NCBI GenBank assembly: GCA_963766795.1 | Contig: CAVYBN010000008.1 | Coordinates: 32,696 to 96,695, forward strand | Direction of reading: 5' to 3' | Length of the DNA stretch: 64,000 bases | Source of the DNA: Candidatus Parcubacteria bacterium | GTDB lineage: Bacteria > Patescibacteriota > Minisyncoccia > Phycocordibacterales > PALSA-1337 | The notes under the pieces: model-generated | The model's input: the letters and a program-made list of their open reading frames with translations, nothing else | Told to the model about the DNA's origin: nothing | Databases searched by the model: none | Shown here: positions 35,730 through 45,656 of the stretch, one piece after another | Numbering within the stretch: position 1 is the first letter of the stretch | Layout: every line of letters begins with the position of its first letter | Made by a program: the position numbers and the translations under genes

Positions 35730-38511
35730 TCACAATCCGGTGCATCCCGGCCAATGCGTGGTGGCGCATAGCTGTCTGACCGCTTCCCAGCCGGCGGCTT
35801 CATTCGGATTTGAAGAGGCGTCGGAAGTCGGCGCCGTCAACGTGAAGTTGGCCGCGTTGGCATAATCGTTGCCGTAGCTATTCTGGACATAGACTTTGTA
35901 GACCCCGGGAGTCTGTGAATATGTGGTCGGTAAGGTGAGCTTCATAGTGGTCCCGTCAGTCGAGATGGCGCCGAGCACGGTGAACATATGATCGTCGTCC
36001 AGCTTGAAATAGCGTCATTCGCGTTGCCGCCTGACCCGAAGCTGCCGGTGCCGACCGTGAAGTTGCTGCCGTGGATGGTCACTGAAGCGCCGAGAGACGC
36101 CGACGAAGGCGTTATGTAATTGATTACGGGACCGGTGGGAGCGGGACTGACTTTGAATGTCACAGGATTGCTCAAGCCGTTCGCATTTCTGACAGTGATC
36201 GAATGATTCCCGACTGACAAGGTGGACGGGAGCGTGAAGGTGATCATTGATCCTCCAGACGAGAGGTTGCCGACATTGGAGCCGCCCATACCTGCGCTCG
36301 TGCCGTCTATCATCACATTGTTGCCGGTCGGGGTGAAGTTGGTGCCGTAGATGGCCACATTCGACTGTGTCATCGCGGTAGTGTTGGTATCCAAGGGACC
36401 TTGGGTGATGGTGGGAGGCTGACTGGTTGAAGATTGCTGCGTCGTCGCATTCCCCACCTGCACCGTCGAGCTCCACGTTGACGTGAAGCCGGCGCTGTCC
36501 GTGACCGTGAAGGTCACCGTGTATGTGCCAGGATTGGCATACGAGTGAGAGAAAGTCTCGATCTGGGTGAAGCTGTTGGCCGCCGTGGCACGAGACTGGA
36601 TGGCGGTATCGCCCCAATTCTCCAAGTAAGTCAATGAGGCGTACTGCGGATCGCTGACATTGAAGCTCCACGTGCCGGCCTGGCCGACGTTGAGCGTGGT
36701 CGGAGCAGTGCCGCCGGAGATGACTGGGGGTTGATTCGTGCTGGAACCGGACGGAATTATCGTGAACGAAGCGCTGTTTGCTCCTGTCGCGCCCTTGCCA
36801 CTGAACTGTATCTGATAACCCTTTCCGCCAAGTACGCCGCCAGACGCATACTGCGACTGGACAGTCCATGAGAATGAAGTCTGTGACGGATACACGCTGC
36901 CAAGATAGATGGAACCCGAAGAACCCAGCGAACTTCCTACGAGATAGACCGAATAACCGCTGACTCCCTGATCCCATCCTGTCCAAGTGATATTGTAGGT
37001 CTGCCCTGATTGCAATACAGAGTTGGTGGTTGGATAAGTGATAGTGAGTGGACCTGTGTTAGGAGTATAGATCACGCACGAATACCCCGAAGGACAATTC
37101 GATGTCACAGTCGTGCATGTGTATCCGTTAGGACAGATATTGGTTGAGCCGGGCAAGTTGCAAATATAGCCAGCAGGACAAGTCTGGGCCGCACCGCTAG
37201 AAACTATGGTGAAGTAGGAATCGCTGCCGTCATAGACACCGTTGGCGGTTATAGGATCGGCAGAACCTGAAGTATTGCAATAAACATTCGGATCCAAGCA
37301 AGTCCCGACTCTAAGCCAATAATTTCCAGGCTGAATAGTAGAAGGAATCGTCCAATTTACGCTTCCGGGATTTCCGGTGACATTGACCAGATTTTTTACC
37401 ACCAAAGCACCCGTGTTTGGATTGTACAGGTCAAGAGATACTCGAGAGACATTGGAAGAAGCCCAGCTGATGGTATATGTCTGGCCTATTTGCCAATTTT
37501 CTCCCCCATTCGGGCTCAAGACGGTGATGGAAGGTTGGGTACGTCGATACCGCCGCCATTGAAGTTTGCTGAGACCTTCAAATTATCCAAACCCGAAGTG
37601 ATCCAAGAACCTTGAGGATTGCTCGGACTGGTGCCATAGTCGATTCCGACGATCTGAGCGATATTAATTCCGTTCACAGATGCGCCTGCATTGCTTATTG
37701 AACCGTTGAAGACAAGCTGACGTGAAGAACCGGCAGGAATTATGTAATAATTCGATGAATCACCAGCCAAGGTAGCCGGGCTGACTGTTATACCGCCCTT
37801 ATCTGGACTCACATTCCCATTCTTGCTTCCAAATTCAAGAACAATGGCCGGAATAAAATATATAGAGGTATTCCCAGCCGTTAGGGTGAAGCTGAATGAA
37901 ACCGGATAATAACTAGTCGCTCCGCTGGAATTGGTAACTGCCGCGCCAAGCGAAGCTGAAGTGTTGCTAATTTGGACTTGACTAGAAACAGGAGTAGGAC
38001 TCGTTATGCCGCAGGACAATGTGATAGTCCTGCGCGTTATTGCGTCAAGAACGCCAGTCGCGGGCAATCCGACGCTGGTCTGATAGCTTTGGAGAGCAGT
38101 CACCGTCTGACTTCCGAAGTATCCCCTAGCCGTTCGGCCAGCGGATACGGCTGAAATATCAAAACCGTTAGTCATCAGCCAATTCTGGAGAGCGACGACA
38201 TCAGCACCGGTACTACCAATGGTGAGAGTCGTGGTGAATTGATAGCAGTTACCTTTTGTGCCGGTATAACCATTGCCGCCTCCGTTAAAACCGCCGCCGG
38301 AAGAACCGCCGCCGGTTGAGACTGGAGTGTTCGGCGTGCAGACATATCCCGCGGGACAATTAACGGGCTGGGTCGGATTTATCGGCGTACAGGTATAACC
38401 AGCCGGACAAGCGACCGTAGTCTGCGCCTGCGCGACGACTGGGATAAAAGCCACGACGCCGAATGCGGCAATGGAGAGCGCGAGACTGAACGAAACTAAT
38501 GACTTTTTCAT
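35730..38511 (-). CDS. Large secreted surface protein (PG-binding-like, PKD-like and Ig-like repeats), with two frame breaks
   Basis: Three colinear ORFs (37516-38511, 35942-37519, 35730-35987). The first has a signal peptide. The breaks, near 37536-37542 (C run) and 36005-36010 (T run), look like 1-nt deletions. Confidence 0.6.
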
Positions 38512-38626
38512 AATGATAAGTTAGAGTAAATTATTAATCTGCCAGGTTCGCCTGGCTTTGATTCCTGGACACATGATAGCACCCCCCCCACATTCACAAT
38601 AGGGGGTTGTGAACAGGCCTCCACGA

Positions 38627-39454
38627 TCACATCCTGCCAATCTCGGCCTTCAGAATGTCGCGCAGGTTCGCGCTGACGTCATTCACATACCGATCATCGG
38701 CAATCAGCGCCTCAAGATCAAGCTTGATGCTCGCCGGATCGGCCTCTTCTACCGCGGACAAAAGCAGGCGTTTGAGCTCATCCTTGTCCTCCGCTTCTTT
38801 GATGCACGCCATATTCGGAGAAACGCCTTTGCGGAGATACCACATGAGATCGAAATAGTCGCGCCCTTTGACGGTCGCCAGGACTTCGCCGCTCTTGCTC
38901 GTCTTTTTCCATTTCCTGTGGAGGACCGCCCTCACTTTCGTAGCCATCAACGTCGGAAGATCGAATGTCCTCACGATGATGGACCGATTGGCCTTGAAAA
39001 GCGGCACCGCTTCGACTTTGCAACCGCGCAAGAGACCGTCATCATTGAACACTTCGACCTTCAGCATGAGAATATCGGAATCCGCGGTGCCGGCCAAGCC
39101 CAATTCTCTAAGGATCGGGAACTTGAGCATGACGCGGAATTTCTGCGTTGAAACGGCGGCTTTGACGTCCGTGTGCTTATTGAAATAATCAGCAAGATCT
39201 CGGCCGAGCTTGGCTATGTCGAAATTCCCTCCGATATTGACGAAATCCAGATCCTCGGAAAGCCGCGGCAACCCATAGCACTGCGCTAGGCTCGATCCGC
39301 CGTAGAATACCAATGCGCCGTAAACCGGATCGGAATATAGATAATCCAAGACGACTATCTGCAAGTATTCTTTCAAGATATTGCGCCGAAACAGCGCATT
39401 AGATGAGGGTGCTTCCGTCACTAGCCTTTTAAGCGCAGGTTTTAATTCTTCCAT
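38627..39454 (-). CDS. abiEii: AbiEii/AbiGii-family nucleotidyltransferase toxin (DUF1814)
   Basis: LVFYGGSSLAQCYGLPRLSEDLDF is an N-terminal NTase motif. It overlaps the upstream AbiEi-like gene by 13 nt. Confidence 0.7.
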   Translation of the reverse strand: MEELKPALKRLVTEAPSSNALFRRNILKEYLQIVVLDYLYSDPVYGALVFYGGSSLAQCYGLPRLSEDLDFVNIGGNFDIAKLGRDLADYFNKHTDVKAAVSTQKFRVMLKFPILRELGLAGTADSDILMLKVEVFNDDGLLRGCKVEAVPLFKANRSIIVRTFDLPTLMATKVRAVLHRKWKKTSKSGEVLATVKGRDYFDLMWYLRKGVSPNMACIKEAEDKDELKRLLLSAVEEADPASIKLDLEALIADDRYVNDVSANLRDILKAEIGRM

Positions 39455-40092
39455 AGTGTTTTAAGCATATCTCTCATTCGCACCGAGCCTTCCAACTCGA
39501 CGTATCCCGCCAATTCTGTCTTATCTTCCCTCTTCAGCGCCCCAAGATTCAATCGTAACTCTCCGATGGCTGCTTTGTCCGACAACTGGTTCTTTCTAAA
39601 ATACAAAAAATCAAACAGAGCTTTTGCCGGACTGGCGCGGAATATGAGGTAATCACCGTCCCGCACCGGCTTAAAACCGATGAAGAGCGGCTGCTTGATG
39701 CTGTGATATTTGTAGGTTCCGAACGGCGGCGCGAATGAAGCGGTTTTTTTCCGAGTGACCATAGTCACGCCAACGGGCATTTCGGTGATAATGCCGTGCC
39801 GATGCAGCTCATATTCAAGGCTTAGATATGAAGGTCCGTACAATAAACAGGCGAGGCATTCGGCATACGCGCCGGTGCGGCCGGATTTCTCCACCTGGTC
39901 GAGATAATCCCGCGTCACATACATACCCCTTTTCAAACGGACGACATTGCCGGATCTGACACGGCGCGATAATAATACTGTCAGATATTTTCTATCCGTT
40001 TCAATGCTTGCCAGATCATCCAGAGTAAAAACCGGCAAATGTCTTGCCGTTTCAAGGATCTTACTGATTTTTGAATTTCCTCTGTTTCTCAT
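39442..40092 (-). CDS. abiEi: AbiEi-family antitoxin / transcriptional regulator
   Basis: N-terminal wHTH pattern (VFTLDDLASI...LSRRVRSGNVVRLKRGMYV). Confidence 0.6.
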   Translation of the reverse strand: MRNRGNSKISKILETARHLPVFTLDDLASIETDRKYLTVLLSRRVRSGNVVRLKRGMYVTRDYLDQVEKSGRTGAYAECLACLLYGPSYLSLEYELHRHGIITEMPVGVTMVTRKKTASFAPPFGTYKYHSIKQPLFIGFKPVRDGDYLIFRASPAKALFDFLYFRKNQLSDKAAIGELRLNLGALKREDKTELAGYVELEGSVRMRDMLKTLWKN

Positions 40093-40103
40093 AATATACA
40101 GTT

Positions 40104-40115
40104 ATAGTATACTAT
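40104..40115. promoter_or_regulatory. 12-bp perfect palindrome ATAGTATACTAT upstream of abiEi; possible operator
   Basis: It begins 12 nt upstream of the abiEi start codon (ATG at 40092). Confidence 0.3.
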
Positions 40116-40211
40116 CGGAAACAAGAAGTCAAGCAAAAAAGGCTTTTTCCGCAATATTCTTTGGTGTTTCAGATCTATGACGAAATCGTATTAAATGTGA
40201 AATACGGTTTA

Positions 40212-42393
40212 TTACTTCCTCTTTTCCTTGATCTCCAGCGCAACATTGGCCGGCACGACTTCATAGTGGTCGAATTCCATCTGGGCAGAGCCTTGGCCGG
40301 AAGTCATGGAGCGGAGCTGATGTGGTGTAGCCGAACATCTCGGAGAGCGGAACTTTGGCGATGATGGAGACGACTTGGCCCTTTGGATTCTGGCCTTCGA
40401 TTAGGCCGCGCTTTGAGGCGATGCGAGCCGTTGACGTCGCCCATGTATTTCTCCGGACAGACGACTTCGAGCTTCATGATAGGTTCGAGGATGACCGGCT
40501 TGGCGCGCTTGGCGGCATCTTGGAAAGCCTGGCGAGGCGGCGATTTTGTAGGCGATTTCGGACGAGTCGACATCGTGGTAGGAGCCGAAGGTCAGCTCGC
40601 AGGAGATGTTGACCATCTTGAAACCGGCCACGATGCCGCGGTCCATGGCTTCGTGCACGCCTTTTTCGACGGCCGGAATGAATTCCTGCGGGATGACGCC
40701 GCCTTTGATGGAGTTGATGAATTCGAAATCGTCGTAGCGCTTGACGTTCTTCGGGATCTTCTCGCCTTCGGACCAGCGGCTTCATCGGGCTTAATGGTCA
40801 GGCGGACGTGGCCGTACTGGCCCTTGCCGCCGGTCTGCTTGATGTATTTGTGTCTCGGCCTCGGCCTCGCCGAAAGGATCGTCTCGCGATAAGCCACTTG
40901 CGGTTCGCCGACATTGGCCTCGACGCCGAATTCGCGCTTCATGCGGTCAACCATGATCTCGAGATGCAGCTCGCCCATGCCGGAGATGATGGTCTCGCCG
41001 GTTTCGCTGATTGGTGGAGATGCGGAAGGTCGGGTCTTCGTTGCCGAGCTTGCGGAGAGCCATGCCCATCTTCTCCTGGTCGGCTTTGGTCTTCGGCTCG
41101 ATGCGCAGCGACACGACCGGATCCATGAATTTGATGACTTCGAGCACGATCGGGTTGCTCTTCGTCGCAGAAAGTGTTGGAAGTCAGGGCGTCCTTCAGT
41201 CCGACGGCCGCGGCGATTTCTCCGGCAAAGACTTTCTTGACCTCTTCGCGCTTGTCGGCTTGGAGACGGACGATGCGGCCGAGGCGCTCTTTCTTGCCGG
41301 TCGTGGAATTGTAGATATAAGTGCCGGCTTCGATGGTGCCGGAATAGACGCGGAAGAAGGTCAGCTGCGCCGACGAACGGGTCGTTCTGGAGTTTGAAAG
41401 CCAGAGCGGCAGAAAGGCTCGTCGTCGGAAGCGTGGCGGAAAATCTCTTCGCCGGTGTTCGGATCGATGCCTTGGATCGGCGGCATGTCGAGAGGCGACG
41501 GCAGGTAGTCCACGACGGCGTCGAGGACGAGCTGCACGCCTTTATTTTTCAAGGCCGAGCCGGTGAAGACCGGGAACATCTTGTTGTCTATGACGGCTTT
41601 GCGCGATGATCTTCTTGAGTTCGTCGATCGACGGCTCTTTGCCTTCGAGATAATGCTGCATCGCGGTATCGTCATGTTCAACGATCTTCTCGATAAGTTC
41701 GGCGCGATATTTCTTGGCGTCTTCGAGCAAGATCGGCCGGAATCTCCTTTTCGATGACTTTGTCGCCCATCTCGCCTTCGAAGTAATAGGCCTTCATTTT
41801 GAGCAGATCAACGACGCCGTCGAATGTTCGCCTTCAAGCCCGATCGGAATCTGGAATCTGCACGGCATTCTTGTTCAAACGCTCGAGAATGGACTTGATA
41901 TGAGCGCTCGAATGAGGCGCCCATGCGGTCCATCTTGTTGATGAAGCAGAGGCGCGGCACATTGCCATCGTCGGCATAGCGCCAGTTGGTCTCCGATTGC
42001 GGTTCGACGCCAGCGACGCCGTCGAAGACGACCACCGCTCCGTCGAGTACGCGCAGAGACCTCTTCACTTCGACCGTGAAGTCGATGTGTCCCGGCGTGT
42101 CGATGATATTGAAACGGACCTTTTTTGAGATGTCGTCTTACCGTCAGCGCCTTTCAAGCCGGCATGTATGTCGGATTCCAGAAACAAGTGATGGCCGCGG
42201 CGGTGATGGTGATGCCGCGCTCGCGCTCCTGTTCCATCCAGTCGGTGACCGTGTCGCCCTCGTGCACTTCGCCGATCTTGTGGGTCATGCCGGTATAGAA
42301 AAGGATGCGCTCGCTGGTCGTGGTCTTGCCCGCGTCGATATGGGCGATGATGCCGAAGTTTCGGACTTGCTCGAGTGGATAGTCGCGGTTCAT
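40212..42393 (-). pseudogene. fusA: Elongation factor G, with about 15 frame breaks
   Basis: EF-G-homologous segments appear in all three minus frames (ORFs 42154-42393, 41808-42068, 41542-41730, 41361-41681, 40947-41147, 40592-40978, 40401-40658, 40304-40573). Manual stitching gives a colinear full-length EF-G ending ...[21 protein letters not shown]. Confidence 0.85.
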
Positions 42394-42455
42394 TTTAATA
42401 TAATACGAATTTACGAATGGATCCGAATGCTACGAATTTCGAATCTACGAATAAT
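42394..42455. repeat. Single arm of the tacgaat-word family upstream of fusA
   Basis: tacgaatttacgaatggatccgaatgctacgaattt nearly equals the left arm of 46637-46745. No opposing arm lies nearby. Confidence 0.65.
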
Positions 42456-42526
42456 AAAAAGCAGAGACTGCTTAATGCCCATAAGATACAGGAAAAGCCC
42501 AAGAAAAGCAAAACTCTGTAAGTACC

Positions 42527-43024
42527 TTATGAGAATACGGAACCTGACGACAAATGCTCATCTGAGTTTGTTAAAGCATCCCTTTTCCTCTTTAATGAAG
42601 CAATCTTCTCGTCGATTATCATGAGCTTCTTCTGAAGATTGTCTGAGGAATTTATGATCCTGTGTCTATGAACATTATTTTCTCTATAACTAACCCATTC
42701 CAAATTGCTAGCAGCATTATTAGATATATCACCATCCTTATGATTCACGAGAGGGAGATTCATTGGATTCTCAATAAAAGTTCTGGCCACAATTCTGTGG
42801 ACTTTAGTAGTATGACGCCTTATAGCCAAGTCTTTACTGTACAATACCACCATGGCATATTCTCCTGGACTCACGTAAGGGCGTAAGACTCTACAGAGTC
42901 TTTTGTTTCTTACTTTACCCAGATTACTCACCTCATACTTATCTTCCCAACCAGGAATATTGACTGGTCTCCATTCTTCGATATTACCATCTTGTGTTCC
43001 ACCATCAGTGTTCATAATGACCAT
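42527..43024 (-). CDS. HNH homing endonuclease (NUMOD4 plus HNH_3 type)
   Basis: YEVSNLGKVRN, VHRIVARTFIENP and VNHKDGDISNNAASNLEWVS. Confidence 0.75.
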   Translation of the reverse strand: MVIMNTDGGTQDGNIEEWRPVNIPGWEDKYEVSNLGKVRNKRLCRVLRPYVSPGEYAMVVLYSKDLAIRRHTTKVHRIVARTFIENPMNLPLVNHKDGDISNNAASNLEWVSYRENNVHRHRIINSSDNLQKKLMIIDEKIASLKRKRDALTNSDEHLSSGSVFS

Positions 43025-43048
43025 TTAAGCATGAGAAGATTACATTTT

Positions 43049-43579
43049 CTATAAAAATATTTTATTGGCGTTTGCAGTTCTGATCCATCGTTCAAACATC
43101 CGACAGAAAATCATAATGCACTCTTTTTCTGTAAGATTTTCATTAGACCAATCGATTTGCCAATCTCCATGAACAATCTTGTTTCTTATTTCGTAAATAA
43201 GAGCAATCATATCTCCAGCAATATTTTTTGGTTCAATGAACGACCGTTCTTTTCTAGACTTATTTAAATCATCTGCAGAGCAAATATATACCTTGGTAGC
43301 TTTTGCGATATTGTATAGACCTTCAAAGTCATTTTTAGTAACTACGCTCGAATAGATACTCGAAAATGAATTCTCGTTTTTTCTAAAATTGACTAAAGCA
43401 TCCGTTATATTTCTAAAATTTCCTTGTGTATCCATCCAAGTTTCAAAAAGTGACCAAAGAAAAACAAGTTTTATGTAATCATAATCCCGATAACCTTTCC
43501 GGGGAAGATTTAATTTATCCAAATCAATAAGAATTTTGTCTACATATCCTTGATTAAGTTTTGTTTTTTCATATTTCAT
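43049..43579 (-). CDS. Putative HEPN-domain protein
   Basis: YEIRNKIVHGDW contains the R-x4-H motif. Helical and low GC. A 4-nt overlap with the upstream gene suggests co-transcription. Confidence 0.35.
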   Translation of the reverse strand: MKYEKTKLNQGYVDKILIDLDKLNLPRKGYRDYDYIKLVFLWSLFETWMDTQGNFRNITDALVNFRKNENSFSSIYSSVVTKNDFEGLYNIAKATKVYICSADDLNKSRKERSFIEPKNIAGDMIALIYEIRNKIVHGDWQIDWSNENLTEKECIMIFCRMFERWIRTANANKIFL

Positions 43580-44577
43580 TCATTCTGACCATATTCAGTC
43601 TGCGATGTTTCTGTCTCTGCTTGTAGTTTAGGGAAATCTGTACCAAAATATTTTATATTTGCTTGTCCGATTGCTGTTCCTTCAGTTTGTTGGTCGGCTG
43701 ATGCCTTATCCGCATTTTGTTGATAGGTAGTCATCTGATTAAGGGTGTTTATTATCGGCGTACCAAACATTCCATTTTGCTGGTTAGTACAGACTGATTC
43801 CCACGCCATTGCTATTGATTTTTCATTAGTAATAATATCTCTGTAATCATTACTGTACATGAAAAGTGGTACATTTATCTCCATAGGAATATTTGAGGGG
43901 ATAGTATTTTCAAGATTCATTTGGTTTGCAGTGTCGAAAGCACTTTCTGCTGATTTGGCCTCTGCAATACATAAAGAATTATTGTTGCCGCTTGATACAT
44001 CGGCTGCCTTGACGATATATTGCAGGGCAGTATTTATCTGGGTGCCAACAGAGAGGTTTTTGTGCCAAAAATCATGAAGCGAGATTAAGACAGCTTTTTT
44101 TGCCTCATATTCACCGCTTGAAGATGCCGTAACCGCTGACTGATCTTGCGGTTGTGTTGGATTTAAAACACTTTGCGGTATTTGCGGGACCTGACAATAT
44201 GCATTACCAATCTGCGGACAAATAAGATTTTGTCCTACGGGACATTCGCTAAAATAAGTACCATTACAAAGAGTGCCTGCTGGTGTAGGAGAAATAGTCA
44301 CAGGCGGAGAAACTTTTTGAACAACTTTTTTGACTGGCTGACTTGCTGGAGGTGTTGAATTCGCCGCCATATTTATTGAAGTTGTAGCAATAATCGAGGT
44401 TGAAGTACTTATAAAATTATTTGATGAAGTCGTCGTGCCAACAATCTGCACCTGTAAAGAGCTAGGATTATTGAACAAGGCCGACCAATTCCATGAAAGC
44501 GGATTCCACCATGAAGCAAAAGCAACCGATGGGACGATAAGTAATAATGTAGTGATTATTGGAAGATATTTTTTCAT
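43576..44577 (-). CDS. Secreted protein; function unknown
   Basis: Signal peptide MKKYLPIITTLLLIVPSVAFA (start chosen at 44577), followed by a Ser/Thr-rich linker and a Cys-containing domain. Confidence 0.5.
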   Translation of the reverse strand: MKKYLPIITTLLLIVPSVAFASWWNPLSWNWSALFNNPSSLQVQIVGTTTSSNNFISTSTSIIATTSINMAANSTPPASQPVKKVVQKVSPPVTISPTPAGTLCNGTYFSECPVGQNLICPQIGNAYCQVPQIPQSVLNPTQPQDQSAVTASSSGEYEAKKAVLISLHDFWHKNLSVGTQINTALQYIVKAADVSSGNNNSLCIAEAKSAESAFDTANQMNLENTIPSNIPMEINVPLFMYSNDYRDIITNEKSIAMAWESVCTNQQNGMFGTPIINTLNQMTTYQQNADKASADQQTEGTAIGQANIKYFGTDFPKLQAETETSQTEYGQNE

Positions 44578-44634
44578 AACTTGATAATACCACTTATGGC
44601 TCATTTCCACCATTTGAGCTACGAACAAAGTATC

Positions 44635-45027
44635 TTAGTCGTGGTGGACTTCTCCATCTGCGTCAATATGGGTGATACAAAATAATTGTTCTCTCTGATA
44701 GCCGAACACTCGAAACTTATCGATCGGAACGCGGAAATGAAAATAATATTGTTGCATCAACTTTTGAGCAGAACTGTTCTGCAGGTCGATCATTTTAAAG
44801 CTATCGGACCCATGCTTTTCGGAAGTGATTCCATTCTCTCGGGGCAAGGCTCCGAATTGGCTCCACGTAAGCTGTTCAAAATGTCTTAATCTTTTTAAGA
44901 ACTTATCCGCTTGTTCCCTGCTTAAAGTGTAAAAAGACATATTCTTGACTAGAGTGCAGTCACAAATAGAAAAAATCACCTTGGATTCGGCGTAAGCAAG
45001 ATCTATTTTGCTAGGTGTCGTATCCAT
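44635..45027 (-). CDS. Uncharacterised protein; candidate toxin partner of the DUF4065 gene
   Basis: It lies 23 nt downstream of the DUF4065 ORF, in the same arrangement as 11755-12664. No family recognised. Confidence 0.35.
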   Translation of the reverse strand: MDTTPSKIDLAYAESKVIFSICDCTLVKNMSFYTLSREQADKFLKRLRHFEQLTWSQFGALPRENGITSEKHGSDSFKMIDLQNSSAQKLMQQYYFHFRVPIDKFRVFGYQREQLFCITHIDADGEVHHD

Positions 45028-45050
45028 ATCAACCGACCTAGTTTTCTAGG

Positions 45051-45527
45051 TTATTTATTTAATAGAGGTGCGTAGTACTCACTTATCGACTTGTGCGAGA
45101 TCACCTTGTTATTGGAAGCGTAGGCCTCTTTCCATGGAGAGTGCGCGTGTGCAATATCAACTAATCTTCCAGCAGAATAACCGCCAAAGAGATCCCAGAC
45201 TCTCTTGAGATTTTCCCTATCTTCATCAGAAAGCGTTGCCTCATCTTTTTCATGGATAATGCTGTCACTCACATATTCACGATATTTTTTGTACACGGAA
45301 GGAACGACTGGGCCGTATTCCCAGGCCTCGATCGCATCGCTAAACAAAGGCTTCCCCAGTTTTGACAGATAATAAGCCTGCGCGAAATAGAGAATCTTCT
45401 GAAGCTTTAGATTTGTGATGCCTTCTCGTTCTTTGTTATCACCTACAAAGACCTGTGAGGCCAAGTAAATGAAGTGTTTAGCCACATTTTCAGCGCTGTA
45501 TGGAGATTTGAGTTGTGTAGTAGTCAT
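45051..45527 (-). CDS. DUF4065 (SocA/Panacea) antitoxin-domain protein
   Basis: LKLQKILYFAQAYYL...IEAWEYGPVVPSVY. Confidence 0.7.
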   Translation of the reverse strand: MTTTQLKSPYSAENVAKHFIYLASQVFVGDNKEREGITNLKLQKILYFAQAYYLSKLGKPLFSDAIEAWEYGPVVPSVYKKYREYVSDSIIHEKDEATLSDEDRENLKRVWDLFGGYSAGRLVDIAHAHSPWKEAYASNNKVISHKSISEYYAPLLNK

Positions 45528-45656
45528 AGCTGGTCATATTGTACTCCTCAACAGAAAAGTCAACAATGCGTGCGTAGTCCAATTTTAGACCAAAAAGAAA
45601 GCGAGTCAATATTGACGCGCTACTTTTAGTATTCTAGAGAAAATTCGTGTCGCAAC

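Noticed and set aside
36015-36986. A 323-aa alternative-frame ORF inside the large surface-protein gene. A similar case occurs at 52082-52687 upstream of 52333 (the part inside comEC).
   Set aside because: Both are overlapping frames of stronger ORFs, with Arg/His-rich junk composition. Only the part of 52082-52333 downstream of the comEC stop was kept.
40474-40785. Other ORFs inside the fusA region, in both orientations (for example 40383-40892 +, 40808-41128 + and 41986-42624 +).
   Set aside because: They are off-frame or antisense products of the fragmented fusA sequence and show no independent coding signal.
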